Positions 1 to 10,287 of a stretch of DNA of 64,000 nt are shown here, one piece after another. The stretch comes from Pseudomonadota bacterium (GTDB lineage: Bacteria > Pseudomonadota > Alphaproteobacteria > Acetobacterales > Acetobacteraceae), in the NCBI GenBank assembly GCA_021805545.1, contig JAJZFB010000037.1, positions 21,191 to 85,190 on the forward strand, in the 5' to 3' direction. The notes beneath the pieces were generated by a model that was not told the origin of the DNA, searched no databases, and saw nothing but the letters and a program-made list of their open reading frames with translations. The first letter of the stretch is position 1, and each line of letters begins with the position of its first letter. The translations under genes and the position numbers were made by a program.

Positions 1-416
1 ACGGCCTGGGCGCGCTGGGCCTCCGTCTCGGCGGCGATGAGGTCGGCCATGGCCTCGGCCTGGAGCAGGTCCAGCTTCCCGGCCTCGAAGGCGCGGCGGG
101 AAAATTCGCCCGGCTCGGCGGGGCGGGCACCCAGCGCCACCAGCGCGGCACTCACCACCGCCAGCACGGCGCGGCCGCCATGCAGGGAAAGTTCCACGCA
201 ATCTTCCCCGGTAAACGAGTGTGGTCGGGGGAAGGTCACGAGCAGGGCTTCATCGAGCAGCCGCCCCTCGTGGTACAGTTTACGTAAGGCGGCGCGGCGC
301 GGCGGCGGCAAACGGCCGGTCAGGGCTTCGGCCTGCGCCAAGGCCTGCGGGCCGGAAAGCCGCACCACCGTAACCGCCCCGCCGCGCCCGGTAATGGGCG
401 CGAAGATGGTGCTCAT
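1..416 (-). CDS. mnmE: tRNA modification GTPase MnmE (TrmE), N-terminal 138 codons; gene runs off the left edge
   Basis: Not in ORF track (no stop in window). Own translation of the minus strand from ATG 416-414 gives [34 protein letters not shown]...[23 protein letters not shown]...[22 protein letters not shown], the characteristic MnmE N-domain. The ATG overlaps the TGA of the upstream gene (ATGA). Confidence 0.8.
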   Translation of the reverse strand, partial: MSTIFAPITGRGGAVTVVRLSGPQALAQAEALTGRLPPPRRAALRKLYHEGRLLDEALLVTFPRPHSFTGEDCVELSLHGGRAVLAVVSAALVALGARPAEPGEFSRRAFEAGKLDLLQAEAMADLIAAETEAQRAQA

Positions 417-1882
417 GAAAGATAGCGCGCGGTGAGATGCGCCTCGAAACAGGCAGGGTTCAGCGCCTCGCCCGTGGCATTGGTGAGAATCTCGTTAAAC
501 CCGAGCGAACTGCCCAGCCCGTGCACATGCTGCGCCAGCCAGCCGGACAGGCCGGAGATGTCGCCGCGTGCCAAAAGCGCATCCATATCCGGCACCGCCT
601 TGCGCGCCGCCGCCATAAGCTGCGCCGCCGCCATGGCGCCTAACGTATAGGAGGGGAAATAGCCGATGGCGCCATCGTACCAATGAATATCCTGCAGGCA
701 GCCCTGGCGGTCATCGGGCGGGGTAATGCCCAGCAGGGCATGGAACCCGTCATTCCAGGCGCCGGGTAAATCAGCCACCGCCAGATTGCCCGAGAGCAGC
801 GCCTGCTCCAGCCTGAAGCGCAGCAGCACATGGGCGGGGTAGGTCATCTCATCCGCCTCTACCCGGATAAAGCTGCGCGCGACATGGCGAAGGCGGGATT
901 TGAGCGCGCCCAGCGTGATACCCTTACCAAACCTATTGGTAAGGATGGGGGCCAAATGCGAGAGAAACGCATCGGAACGCACGGCCTGCATCTCGATAAT
1001 CAGCGACTGGCTCTCATGCACCGCCATGCCCGCGGCCTCGCCCACCGGCTGGCGGCGGAATGCGGCGGGCAGGTTCTGCTCGTACAGCGCATGGCCGGTT
1101 TCGTGCAGCACGCCCATCAGAGAGGACGCGAAGTCGGACTCATCATAGCGCGTGGTGATGCGGATATCGGTGGGTGTGCCGCCGCAGAACGGGTGGGCCG
1201 AGCGGTCCAGCCGGGCGGATGAGAATTTCAGCCCCGCCGCTGCCGCCAGCTCGCGGGCCAGTTTTTCCTGCACCGCTTCAGGGTATGGGCCGGGGGGAAG
1301 CGCCGCGGTTTTGCGCGCGGCCTGCAGCGCCTCGGCCTTGGGCAGCGCGTCTTTCAGGAAAGTCTCATAACGGGTGAAGATGGCGGTGGCATCCGCCGCG
1401 GTAATACCGCGCTGGTACTGGCTCATCAGCGCATCATACGGCGCCATGCCCAGCGCCCCGCCGAGAATGGTGGCGGATTCACGGGTGAGGTTCACCACCT
1501 CGGCCAGCGCGGCGCGCACGGCGGGGAAGTCGCTCTCCTGCCGTGCCTGGCGCCAGATATTCTCGCAGGCGCGCCCGGCGCGCACGCTGGCTTCCACCAA
1601 ATCGCGCGGCAGGGCGGTGGCGCGGATATGCGCCTCGCGCATCAGGGCCACGTTGGCTTCCTGCCAATCTGTCTCGGGCCGGGCGGCGGCCAGGTTTTCC
1701 GCAATTTCGGGGGCGGCGAGAAACTCATGCGCCAGCCCGGCCAAAGTGGCGAGCTGCTCGCCCCGCGCCTCGGCGCCGCCATCAGGCATCATCGCCGCGG
1801 CGTCCCAGCTCAGCATCGAGGCCGCCTCGTTGAGGCAGGCGATACGGGCGAATTTCTGCTCCAGGGCGGCGTAATCATTCAT
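413..1882 (-). CDS. M32 family carboxypeptidase (carboxypeptidase Taq-like metallopeptidase)
   Basis: 489-aa ORF. Zinc motif HETGHALYE (HExxH). C-terminal [18 protein letters not shown] signature typical of M32. The ATG overlaps the SURF1 stop (ATGA). Confidence 0.85.
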   Translation of the reverse strand: MNDYAALEQKFARIACLNEAASMLSWDAAAMMPDGGAEARGEQLATLAGLAHEFLAAPEIAENLAAARPETDWQEANVALMREAHIRATALPRDLVEASVRAGRACENIWRQARQESDFPAVRAALAEVVNLTRESATILGGALGMAPYDALMSQYQRGITAADATAIFTRYETFLKDALPKAEALQAARKTAALPPGPYPEAVQEKLARELAAAAGLKFSSARLDRSAHPFCGGTPTDIRITTRYDESDFASSLMGVLHETGHALYEQNLPAAFRRQPVGEAAGMAVHESQSLIIEMQAVRSDAFLSHLAPILTNRFGKGITLGALKSRLRHVARSFIRVEADEMTYPAHVLLRFRLEQALLSGNLAVADLPGAWNDGFHALLGITPPDDRQGCLQDIHWYDGAIGYFPSYTLGAMAAAQLMAAARKAVPDMDALLARGDISGLSGWLAQHVHGLGSSLGFNEILTNATGEALNPACFEAHLTARYLS

Positions 1883-2598
1883 GGCTCAAGCAACCTTTTG
1901 CGCGCGAAAAAGAAGAACTGGAACACCAATACGCCGGCAAAGCCGAACCAGGTAAGCGCGTATCCATAATGGTTGTTGGGCGGGGTGGGTAGATTCTGGT
2001 GCGGTTGCGGCGCAGGGCTGCCGGGCGGCGGTTTGGGGCCGAGCGAGATGAGAATGTAAGGCGCCACGTTTTGCAGCCCCAGCCCCGCGCCAATGCGGGC
2101 GGGGTCCAGCGTGTAATATAGCTGCTGGGCCGGGTCATCGGTGCCCGAGACCCAGCTTGGGCTTACGGGCGCATGCACATAGCCCACCGCCTGGCCCGGC
2201 AGGCCCGTAAGCGGATGGGGGCTGGTTTGCTGCACCCACCCCAGATCCACCAGCACCACCTGCCCGTTATCGCGGCGCAGCGGCATGATGATCTCGCCGC
2301 CAGCCACCGGGCCGGTTGGAGTGTCGTGCACGATGTCTCCAAACAAGGCGGCCTTGCCGGGCACCCAGCTACCGGTGATGATAACTTTTTCGAACGGCGA
2401 GGGGTGCGCCGGCAAGGGAATGGGGGCGGCCACCTGGGCCGCGCGGATGGTGGCGATGATGCCCTCTTTCCACTTAAGCCGGTGCAACTGCCACACCCCC
2501 AGGGCAATGAACAGCCAGAAGGTGATGAAGGCGGTGATGCCCGGGGCAATCAGCCGCCGCCAGGGCAAGGCCCTGGCTTTAGCCGGCAGTAATGGCAC
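1879..2598 (-). CDS. surf1: SURF1 family cytochrome oxidase assembly protein
   Basis: C-terminal ~240 aa of track ORF 1879..2817 read RRLIAPGITAFITFWLFIALGVWQLHRLKWKEGII...VLVDLGWV...HYGYALTWFGFAG, SURF1-like with two terminal TM segments. The N-terminal part of the track ORF is out-of-frame overlap with ctaE. The start chosen is the GTG at 2598-2596 and is uncertain. Confidence 0.7.
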   Translation of the reverse strand: MPLLPAKARALPWRRLIAPGITAFITFWLFIALGVWQLHRLKWKEGIIATIRAAQVAAPIPLPAHPSPFEKVIITGSWVPGKAALFGDIVHDTPTGPVAGGEIIMPLRRDNGQVVLVDLGWVQQTSPHPLTGLPGQAVGYVHAPVSPSWVSGTDDPAQQLYYTLDPARIGAGLGLQNVAPYILISLGPKPPPGSPAPQPHQNLPTPPNNHYGYALTWFGFAGVLVFQFFFFARKRLLEP

Positions 2599-3430
2599 TG
2601 CGGCCGAGGAAATAGATGCATACGAACAGGAACAGCCACACCACGTCCACAAAGTGCCAGTACCAGGCCGCCGCCTCGAACCCGAAATGGCGCTCTGGCG
2701 AGAACTGGCCGCGCCGGGCGCGGAAATAGCACACGGTGAGGAAGATGGTGCCGATGATGACGTGCACGCCATGGAAACCCGTGGCGATGAAGAAGGACGA
2801 GGCGAAAATACCGCCATGGTAGAAGGGGAAAGGCGAATGCGTATATTCCCAGCCCTGGCCGCACAGAAACATCAGGCCGAGAATGATGGTGATGCCAAGC
2901 CCGCGCACCAGGTTTTTCTGGTCGCCCTGGAGCAGGCAATGATGCGCCCAGGTAACGGTGGTGCCGGAGAGCAGCAGCACCATGGTGTTGAAGAGCGGGA
3001 TGGCGAACGGGTCGATGGTGGTAATGCCCTGCGGCGGCCAGACCGGGGCGAAGGCCGTTCCCATTTTTTCGGGGAAGAAGAAATAATTGAAGTAGTTCCA
3101 GAAGAAGGAGACGAAGAACATCACCTCGGACGAGATGAACAGCGCCATGCCGTAGCGCAGCCCCACCTGGGTGACAATTTTGTGCAGGCCCGGCGTGCGG
3201 GCTTCGCGCACAACATCGCGCCACCACAGAAACATGACGCTGCCATCGCAGATGAAGCCGAGGGCGAGCACGTAATACATATGCAGATGCGCGGCGAAGA
3301 TGATGCCGGCGAAGGTGGTCATGGCCGAAACGGCACCGCAGAGGGGCCAGATGCTGGGATCCACCAGATGGTACGGGTGCGGGACGGTGCCCTTCACCTG
3401 ATCCGTGGCGGTATGGATTGTGCCGCTCAT
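2579..3430 (-). CDS. ctaE: cytochrome c oxidase subunit III
   Basis: 283 aa, multi-TM, HPYHLVDPSIWP at the N-terminus and HFGFEAAAWYWHFVDVVWLFLF at the C-terminus. Confidence 0.9.
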   Translation of the reverse strand: MSGTIHTATDQVKGTVPHPYHLVDPSIWPLCGAVSAMTTFAGIIFAAHLHMYYVLALGFICDGSVMFLWWRDVVREARTPGLHKIVTQVGLRYGMALFISSEVMFFVSFFWNYFNYFFFPEKMGTAFAPVWPPQGITTIDPFAIPLFNTMVLLLSGTTVTWAHHCLLQGDQKNLVRGLGITIILGLMFLCGQGWEYTHSPFPFYHGGIFASSFFIATGFHGVHVIIGTIFLTVCYFRARRGQFSPERHFGFEAAAWYWHFVDVVWLFLFVCIYFLGRSAITAG

Positions 3431-3463
3431 TTTTTCTCCCTCATCCGCTTTATTGTTCCGGCT

Positions 3464-3658
3464 CTACCACATTTGGCCGTATTCACGCAGTTTTACGATG
3501 GCGATTCCGTAAATAATGACACAAAACCCGGTGAGCGCCGCGAGGATAAGCCAGTTGCGCGCGCGGCGGCGGCGCAGAAACTCCGCGCGCTCCTCCGGTG
3601 TCCAATTCGCCTGCCCCAGCTCGGCGTGGGGCATGCGGTCCAGATGATCCTCGGCCAT
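3464..3658 (-). CDS. small single-TM protein in the position usually flanking ctaG in alphaproteobacterial cox operons
   Basis: Internal ATG of track ORF 3464..3799 gives MAEDHLDRMPHAELGQANWTPEERAEFLRRRRARNWLILAALTGFCVIIYGIAIVKLREYGQMW (64 aa, one TM). Its ATG overlaps the ctaB TAA by 1 nt (TAATG), which suggests translational coupling. Confidence 0.5.
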   Translation of the reverse strand: MAEDHLDRMPHAELGQANWTPEERAEFLRRRRARNWLILAALTGFCVIIYGIAIVKLREYGQMW

Positions 3659-4575
3659 TACACCAGCCGGTCCACCGCCACGGCGGTAAACAATATAACA
3701 AGATACAGCAGCGAAAATTTGAAGGCGCGCCGCGCGGGCTTGTCGCCGGTAAGGCTCACGCCGGTTTCGTCCTGGCGGTCGGCGAACACGCCAAAGCACA
3801 GCGCCGCGAAGATGGCACTGGTGATAAGCGCGGTAACGCCATAAATGCGCCCGGTAAGGCCCAGCAGCCAGGGCGAAATGGATAGCGGCAGCAATAACAG
3901 CGAATAAACCAGCACGTTCAGGCGGGTATGCTTAGCGCCCTTCACCACGGGCAGCATGGGGATGCCCGCCTTCTCGTAATCCTTGGCCGCGTAGAGCGAG
4001 AGCGACCAGAAATGCGGCGGAGTCCAGAAGAACACGATGGCGAACAGCAGCACCGGCAGCAGGCCAACATGGCCCGTAACGGCGGCCCAGCCAATGATGG
4101 GCGGAAACGCCCCCGCCCCGCCGCCGATGACGATGTTTTGCGGCGTGCGGCGCTTGAGCCACATTGTGTAGATGACGGCGTAGTAGAAAATGGAGAAGGC
4201 CAGCGCCCCGGCCGCCACCAGATTGGTGGCCATGGCCAGCAGCACCACCGAGAACACGGCCAGCACAATGCCATAGCCAAGCACCGCGCCCGGCTCCACG
4301 CGCCCGGCCGGCACGGGGCGCTTGGCGGTGCGGCGCATCAGCGCGTCAATATCGGCATCGTACCACATATTGATGGCGCCGGCGGCGCCAGCGCCCAGCG
4401 CGATGCAGAAAATGGCAACCGCGGCGATGAACGGGTTGATGGGGCCGGGCGCGATAACCAGGCCTATGGCGCCGGTGAAGACCACCAGCGAGCATACACG
4501 CGGCTTGAGGAGCGCGATCCAATCCTTCGGTTCGGCGCCCAGGGGCGGCGTTAAGCTGGCAGTCGAGGCAGTCAT
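3658..4575 (-). CDS. ctaB: protoheme IX farnesyltransferase (heme O synthase)
   Basis: 305 aa, polytopic UbiA-family protein (NMWYDADIDALMRRTAKRPVPAG motif), sitting between ctaD and ctaE. Confidence 0.9.
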   Translation of the reverse strand: MTASTASLTPPLGAEPKDWIALLKPRVCSLVVFTGAIGLVIAPGPINPFIAAVAIFCIALGAGAAGAINMWYDADIDALMRRTAKRPVPAGRVEPGAVLGYGIVLAVFSVVLLAMATNLVAAGALAFSIFYYAVIYTMWLKRRTPQNIVIGGGAGAFPPIIGWAAVTGHVGLLPVLLFAIVFFWTPPHFWSLSLYAAKDYEKAGIPMLPVVKGAKHTRLNVLVYSLLLLPLSISPWLLGLTGRIYGVTALITSAIFAALCFGVFADRQDETGVSLTGDKPARRAFKFSLLYLVILFTAVAVDRLV

Positions 4576-4576
4576 T

Positions 4577-6178
4577 TCAGCGGATCACCGGTACTTCAAG
4601 GAACGTATGTTGCGGGGCGGGTGACGGGATGGCCCATTCAAGCGTGGTTGCCCCTTCACCCCAGTAGTTATCGGCCAATTGGTCCTTACCGGTAAAGACA
4701 CGGTAAAGCACATAGAAGAATACCAGGGTTGAAAGCCCGGAGATGATGGAGCCGATGGAAGACACGTAGTTCCATCCGGCAAAGGCATCGGCATAGTCCG
4801 GGTAACGGCGCGGCATGCCCGCCAGACCCAGGAAATGCATGGGGAAGAAGGTGAGATTCACCCCGATAAAGAAGCTCCAGAAATGCACCTTGCCCCAAAA
4901 TTCGGGGTATTGGTGCCCGGCCATCTTGCCAATCCAGTAATAAAACCCGGCGAAGATGCCGAAAGCAGCACCCATGCTCAGCACGTAGTGAAAATGGGCG
5001 ATGAGGAAGTAGTCGTTATGCAATTCCTGGTCGAGTGCGGCATTGGCCAGCACTATGCCGGTGGCCCCGCCCACCACGAACAGGAAGATGAAGCCCATGG
5101 CCCAGAGCATGGGTGTTTTGAACTCGATGGAGCCGCCCCACATGGTGGCGATCCAGGAAAACACCTTAATGCCCGTGGGCACGGCGATGACCAGCGTGGC
5201 CACCTCGAAATAGATTTTGGAGTCGGTGCCGATGGCCGAGACGAACATATGGTGCGCCCACACCACGAAGCCGACAAAGCCGATAACCACCATGGCATAG
5301 GCCATGCCCAGATAGCCGAACACCGGCTTTTTGGAGAAGGTGGACACCACATGGGAGATGATGCCGAAGGCCGGCAGGATCATGATATACACTTCCGGAT
5401 GGCCGAAGAACCAGAAGAGATGCTGGAACAGCACCGGGTCGCCGCCGCCGGAAGGCTCGAAGAAGGAGGTGCCGAAATTACGGTCCATGATGAGCATGGT
5501 GACGGCACCCGCGAGCACCGGAATGGCCAGCACCAGCAGGAAGGCGGTGACCAGGATGGACCAGCAGAACAGCGGCATTTTATGCATGCCCATGCCAGGG
5601 GCGCGCATGTTGAGAATGGTGGCAATGAAGTTGATGGCGCCGAGCAGCGAGGAAATACCGGCCAGATGCAGCGAGAAGAGCGAAAAATCCGTCGCCATGC
5701 CAGGTGAGTATTGCGCGTTATCGAGCGGGGGGTAGAGCGTCCACCCTGCGCCTGTGCCATGGCCCAAAAACAGGCCCAGCATAACAAACACAAAGCCGCA
5801 GGCGAGGAACCAGAAGCTCATATTATTGAGGCGCGGGAAGGCCATGTCCGGCGCGCCGATCATGATGGGCACGAACCAGTTGCCCAGCCCGCCGATGAGC
5901 GCGGGCATGACGAACCAGAAGATCATCAGCAGCCCATGCGCGGTAATGATGGCGTTCCACGTATCGCCATTGGTGATGATGTCGTTATGCGGGTACATGA
6001 GCTGCTGGCGCATGATCATGGAGAGCGTGCCGCCCGCGCAGGCGCCTATAAACGCCATGGTGATGTAGAGCGTGCCAATATCCTTGTGGTTGGTGCTCAT
6101 CAGCCAGCGGGAAACAAAACTCTGCTTATGCGCGCCGTGATCGTGGTCATGGCCATGGTCATGAGTGGTGGTGGACAT
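4577..6178 (-). CDS. ctaD: cytochrome c oxidase subunit I (A-family, aa3-type)
   Basis: 533 aa; [27 protein letters not shown] and VWAHHMF signatures. Confidence 0.95.
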   Translation of the reverse strand: MSTTTHDHGHDHDHGAHKQSFVSRWLMSTNHKDIGTLYITMAFIGACAGGTLSMIMRQQLMYPHNDIITNGDTWNAIITAHGLLMIFWFVMPALIGGLGNWFVPIMIGAPDMAFPRLNNMSFWFLACGFVFVMLGLFLGHGTGAGWTLYPPLDNAQYSPGMATDFSLFSLHLAGISSLLGAINFIATILNMRAPGMGMHKMPLFCWSILVTAFLLVLAIPVLAGAVTMLIMDRNFGTSFFEPSGGGDPVLFQHLFWFFGHPEVYIMILPAFGIISHVVSTFSKKPVFGYLGMAYAMVVIGFVGFVVWAHHMFVSAIGTDSKIYFEVATLVIAVPTGIKVFSWIATMWGGSIEFKTPMLWAMGFIFLFVVGGATGIVLANAALDQELHNDYFLIAHFHYVLSMGAAFGIFAGFYYWIGKMAGHQYPEFWGKVHFWSFFIGVNLTFFPMHFLGLAGMPRRYPDYADAFAGWNYVSSIGSIISGLSTLVFFYVLYRVFTGKDQLADNYWGEGATTLEWAIPSPAPQHTFLEVPVIR

Positions 6179-6190
6179 GCGGCGAAATCC

Positions 6191-7087
6191 TCAGGGCGTG
6201 GCGTCGGCCAGTTGGTTGCGGGGCATAGGCGACGAAAGCGGCTGCGTGTTCACGGTATTATCCGTGTAATTGGCAAGCGCCTGCTTCGTCCAGGCAAGGT
6301 AATCGGCCAGCGGCACGGCCTTTATCTCAATCGGCATGGCGTCATGGTCCAGCCCGCAAATCTGGTTGCATTGGCCATAATAGGTGCCAGCCTTGTTTAT
6401 AATGGTCCAGCTGGTGAGGCGGGTGCCAGGAATGGCGTATTTCTGCACGCCCAGCGAGGGCAGATAGAAGCCGTGCAGCACATCGCCCGAGGTGATGACA
6501 AAGCGGATTTTCTCGCCCACGGGCAGCACCATCGGGTGGTCCACCGAGAGGCGGCGGATTTCGCCGGGCTGAATCTTGTCGTCCGGGATCATGTAGCTGG
6601 TATAATCGAGGCCCGGCACGGAATTATACTTATATTCCCAGTACCATTGGTGGCCGGTTACCGTCACGGTCATGTACGGGTTGGAATCGTCCGCCTCGTA
6701 GTAGATCAGGTTGATCGACGGTACGATGATGATGGCCAGGATGATGACCGGCACAACGATCCAGACGACCTCGATGAGCGTGTTATGCGTGGTCTGGCTC
6801 GGCACCTTGTTCACCGAGGCGCGGAAGCGGATGATGACATACACCATCAGCACACCCACAAAGGCGACCACCGCGGTCATGATCCACAGCACGTACTGCA
6901 TCAGCCAGTCGATTTTGGCCTGCATGGGCGAGCCGGCCTTGGGGAACCAGAGCTGCCAGTCATGCGGCGCGTTGACGTAGGCATTGGCCGCCGCCGTGGG
7001 GTCTGGGGTATTTTGCGCCAGGGCGGCGTGCCCCAGCAGCATCAGAATACAGGTTAACCCTAATACCGATCCACAACGCCGCATCAT
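6191..7087 (-). CDS. ctaC: cytochrome c oxidase subunit II (CuA subunit)
   Basis: Start taken at MMRRCGSVLGLTCILMLLGHAALA (signal-like) inside track ORF 6191..7270. Two TM helices. CuA ligands are present: VLHGFYLPSLG and CNQICGLDHDAM (6335-6370). Confidence 0.85.
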   Translation of the reverse strand: MMRRCGSVLGLTCILMLLGHAALAQNTPDPTAAANAYVNAPHDWQLWFPKAGSPMQAKIDWLMQYVLWIMTAVVAFVGVLMVYVIIRFRASVNKVPSQTTHNTLIEVVWIVVPVIILAIIIVPSINLIYYEADDSNPYMTVTVTGHQWYWEYKYNSVPGLDYTSYMIPDDKIQPGEIRRLSVDHPMVLPVGEKIRFVITSGDVLHGFYLPSLGVQKYAIPGTRLTSWTIINKAGTYYGQCNQICGLDHDAMPIEIKAVPLADYLAWTKQALANYTDNTVNTQPLSSPMPRNQLADATP

Positions 7088-7239
7088 GCCTCTGGTGTCC
7101 CGCTTATTTGTTTCCCGCTGCCGGCAGGCCGTTTTACCCGGCCTTTCTTTATAAACACAGTGATAGAAGCGGGGGACGCCGAGATCAAGCGTTGTGAGAG
7201 CGTTACGCCCAAATCTTTGCCATTTATCGCGGCGCTTGC

Positions 7240-8355
7240 CTAAACAGGTGCCAAGGCGCCGCCGCGCCATTGCTGCAACGTCACGTAAGCCCCTGTATTC
7301 TGGCCATTATGGTCAAACCGCACGGCAAAACCATTGGCCAGCGTGCCGCGCGGCAAATTGGCCTGGCGCAGCGCGGCCAGCAGCTTGGCGGCATCGCCAT
7401 TCACGCCGTTCAGCGTGTCGAACACCAGCTTTGCGCCGGCATAGGCGGTAAGGCTGTCCGCCGCGCGGGGCGGCATGCCGTAACGGGCAAGATAGGCGGC
7501 GCGCACCGCACCGGCCAAGCCGGGGTAAAACGGCGCGGCGATGACATAAGTGCCGGCATAAGCCTGCGGCAGGGCTGCCGCCAGCTCGCGGTATTCATAG
7601 CCCGCGCCATAGCCGATAAGCGCGCGCGGCTGCCAGTTGAGCCCCCGCATGGCCAAGCCCAGGCCCAGCGCGCCATTTGGCCCGGCGGCGTGCAGCAGCA
7701 GCGTGGTGCCCGCGCGCATCATGCGCCCCGCCGCGCCGTGCAAATCTTCCACCCCCTCGGGATATCCGGCAATGAGGGTGGGGGTAAGTTTGGCCGCCGC
7801 CAGGGCCGCGGTAAACGCCGCGGCAAAGGCCGCGCTGGTGACGCCATTATTGTAAAGCAGGCCGAATTTCTGCCCCTTGAAACGTTGCTGGAGCACCTGC
7901 ACCGCCATTTGCGCCGCCATTTGCGTGCTGGGGCCGGTGCGGAGCAGATATTTGAAGCCGCGCGTGCAAATGCCATCGGCGGGCGCGTTCAGCTCGATAT
8001 ACGGCACCTGCGCCAGCTCCGCCGCCGCGGTGGCGGGGAAGGACAGGGCCGAATCGCCACTGCCGAACATCAGCCCGGCATGGGCGGCGATCAGCCCGTT
8101 CACCGTGGCCGTGGCGGCGGCTGGGGCGGGCATATCGGCACTGGCAAGGGTAAGCGGCGCGCCGGCAATACCGCCCGCCGCATTTACGGCATCGGCCGCA
8201 AGCTGGATGCCGCGCAGCACCTCGTTGCCCTGCAGGGCAACGGCGCCCGAGAGCGGCAAGGCGGCACCGCAGGTAAGGGCGTTGGCGGCGCGGGCGGCGG
8301 GCGCCAGAATGGCGGCGCCAGCCAGGCCCAGCGCCAGGCGGCGGGATAAGGTCAT
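7240..8355 (-). CDS. ABC transporter substrate-binding protein, branched-chain amino acid (LivJ/PBP1) type
   Basis: ATG at 8355-8353 gives MTLSRRLALGLAGAAILAPAARA (RR-containing signal) followed by ALPLSGAVALQGNEVLRGIQLAADAVNAAGGIAG, typical of Leu/Ile/Val-binding family proteins. No permease or ATPase genes are adjacent. Confidence 0.75.
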   Translation of the reverse strand: MTLSRRLALGLAGAAILAPAARAANALTCGAALPLSGAVALQGNEVLRGIQLAADAVNAAGGIAGAPLTLASADMPAPAAATATVNGLIAAHAGLMFGSGDSALSFPATAAAELAQVPYIELNAPADGICTRGFKYLLRTGPSTQMAAQMAVQVLQQRFKGQKFGLLYNNGVTSAAFAAAFTAALAAAKLTPTLIAGYPEGVEDLHGAAGRMMRAGTTLLLHAAGPNGALGLGLAMRGLNWQPRALIGYGAGYEYRELAAALPQAYAGTYVIAAPFYPGLAGAVRAAYLARYGMPPRAADSLTAYAGAKLVFDTLNGVNGDAAKLLAALRQANLPRGTLANGFAVRFDHNGQNTGAYVTLQQWRGGALAPV

Positions 8356-8428
8356 GCCATCTCCTCGCATTCTTGCCCCCTTCTGGGCAAGGCTTGACGC
8401 TGCCCTGGCGGCGGAGGAGTCTGCGCCC

Positions 8429-9427
8429 ATGAACCTGCCAGAGACCATGCGCTGCATTACCGTACCCCAACCCGGCGGCCCCGAGGCGATGCGGCTGGAT
8501 ACCGCCCCCCTGCCCAGCCTGCGCGACGATGAGATACTCATCCGCGTACAGGCCGCGGGGGTAAACCGGCCAGATGTGCAGCAGCGCCTGGGCCTGTACC
8601 CGCCGCCGCCCGATGCCAGCCCGCTGCTGGGGCTGGAAGTGGCTGGCGAGGTGGTGCGGCTGGGCGCCATGGCCAGCGGGTTTTTCCCTGGCCACAAGGT
8701 AACGGCATTGTGCAATGGCGGCGGCTATGCGGAATATGTGGCGGTGCCAGCCGGGCAATGCCTGCCCTGGCCGGAAGGCTACGATGCCCTGCGCGCCGCC
8801 GCCCTGCCGGAGAATTTCTTCACCGTCTGGGCCAATCTGTTCGACATGGCGCAGTTGAAGCCCCAAGAGAGTGTTCTGGTGCATGGCGGCAGCTCGGGCA
8901 TTGGGCTGACAGCCATACAGCTTGCCGCGGCGCAGGGCTCGCGCGTTTATGCCACGGCGGGCAGCGCGGCAAAATGCGCGTTTATCGAGCGCTACGGCGC
9001 CACCGCCATTAACTATAAAGAGCAGGATTTTGGCGCCGTGATTGCCGCGCAGACGGATAAGCGCGGGGTGGATGTGATTTTGGACATGGTGGGCGGGCCG
9101 TATATGCAGAAAAACATACGCGCCCTGGCCCCGCGCGGGCGGCTGGTGCAGGTGGCCTTCATGCAAGGCAGCAAGGCCGAGCTGGATTTGATGCATGTCA
9201 TGACCAAGCGCCTGACCATTACCGGCTCTACCATGCGGCCGCGCAGCGCCACCGAAAAAGCCGCCATTGCCAGCGCGCTGAAGCAGAAAGTGTGGCCGCT
9301 TCTGGCCACGGGCAAGGTGGCGCCGGTTATCGACAGGGTGTTTGCGCTGGAACAGGCGGCGGAAGCGCACAGGCTGATGGAGGGCAGCACGCATATCGGC
9401 AAAATAATGCTGCATGTGGCCGATTGA
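8429..9427 (+). CDS. NAD(P)H:quinone oxidoreductase, zinc-independent MDR (PIG3/Qor-like)
   Basis: ATG at 8429 inside track ORF 7877..9427. AAGVNRPD, GLEVAGEV and VLVHGGSSGIGLTAIQLA Rossmann motif. Confidence 0.8.
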   Translation: MNLPETMRCITVPQPGGPEAMRLDTAPLPSLRDDEILIRVQAAGVNRPDVQQRLGLYPPPPDASPLLGLEVAGEVVRLGAMASGFFPGHKVTALCNGGGYAEYVAVPAGQCLPWPEGYDALRAAALPENFFTVWANLFDMAQLKPQESVLVHGGSSGIGLTAIQLAAAQGSRVYATAGSAAKCAFIERYGATAINYKEQDFGAVIAAQTDKRGVDVILDMVGGPYMQKNIRALAPRGRLVQVAFMQGSKAELDLMHVMTKRLTITGSTMRPRSATEKAAIASALKQKVWPLLATGKVAPVIDRVFALEQAAEAHRLMEGSTHIGKIMLHVAD

Positions 9428-9472
9428 GCCGCCCTGGTTGAGTTTTACGCAATTCCAGCTATTGCCAAGCGC

Positions 9473-9805
9473 ATGAAGCCTTTTTGCTCCGCCGCCCTCC
9501 TTCTGGCCCTTGCGGGCTGCGCCGCAACACCGCCCGTAAGCCAGGCACAGCAGGCCGATACTGCCGCCTGCACCGCCCAGGCCAACACGCAGTACCAGCA
9601 AAACACGCTGGACCTGCAAGCGCGGCCGCCGCAACTGGGGCAGCGCTACGGCGCCATGCCCACCCAGGTATTCGATGCCGAGCATATGGGGGCGCTGAGT
9701 GAGCGCGCCAGCCAGATTCAGCAATGCGAGGAGACGGGCACCAATAACGGGCAGCCCGAAGCCGGCGGCTTCTCACCCGTCGTCCCGCATATCATCACGA
9801 ACTGA
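9473..9805 (+). CDS. hypothetical lipoprotein
   Basis: 110 aa. MKPFCSAALLLALAGCAATPP gives a signal peptide with lipobox L-A-G-C. Q-rich, no recognisable domain. Confidence 0.55.
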   Translation: MKPFCSAALLLALAGCAATPPVSQAQQADTAACTAQANTQYQQNTLDLQARPPQLGQRYGAMPTQVFDAEHMGALSERASQIQQCEETGTNNGQPEAGGFSPVVPHIITN

Positions 9806-9818
9806 ACGGAGAATTTCC

Positions 9819-10169
9819 ATGAGCCGCATCATCCGCACCGAACCCAGCCCCGTCCTGTCCAAGGCGGTGGAGTATCACGGCTTTGTTTACACCATGGGCG
9901 TGGTCGCCAACGACCCGGCCGGCGGCATAAAGGCGCAGACGCAAGACGTGCTGGCGCAGATTGACAGCCTGCTGGAAACGCATGGCACGGACAATACGCG
10001 CCTGCTCCAGGCGCATATCTGGTTAAAGAATATGGCGGATCGGGCTGCCATGAATGAGGTGTGGACAGCCTGGCTGCCCGAGGGCGCAGCCCCCGTGCGC
10101 GCCTGTGTGCAGGCAGAGCTGGCGGACCCACGCTACCTGGTGGAGATTATGATCACCGCCTGCCGGTGA
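9819..10169 (+). CDS. RidA/YjgF family reactive-intermediate deaminase
   Basis: ATG 9819 inside track ORF 9699..10169. MSRIIRTEPSPVLSKAVEYHGFVYTMG...RACVQAELADPRYLVEIMITA, YjgF/RidA fold pattern. Confidence 0.8.
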   Translation: MSRIIRTEPSPVLSKAVEYHGFVYTMGVVANDPAGGIKAQTQDVLAQIDSLLETHGTDNTRLLQAHIWLKNMADRAAMNEVWTAWLPEGAAPVRACVQAELADPRYLVEIMITACR

Positions 10170-10250
10170 CGCCAGACCGGCCCAGAACTGCTTGTTATTT
10201 GTTAAGAATTAAATGGTTATGACTCAATAATACCGGAACCGGCTCGAATC

Positions 10251-10287
10251 GGGGCGCCCGTGCTTGGCACTGGCGCCCCTTTATTTT
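10251..10287 (+). terminator. rho-independent terminator after the ridA-like gene
   Basis: GGGGCGCC-CGTGCTTGGCACT-GGCGCCCC followed by TTTATTTT. Confidence 0.7.

Noticed and set aside
37-435. 132-aa plus-strand ORF at the left edge
   Set aside because: Antisense to the mnmE N-terminal coding region, which gives a clean MnmE translation.
7847-9724. 625-aa minus-strand ORF, the longest in this region
   Set aside because: It lies antisense to the well-supported quinone oxidoreductase and binding-protein genes. It is Arg/Gly/Ala/His-rich and low-complexity with no domain pattern. This is a typical shadow ORF of GC-rich DNA.
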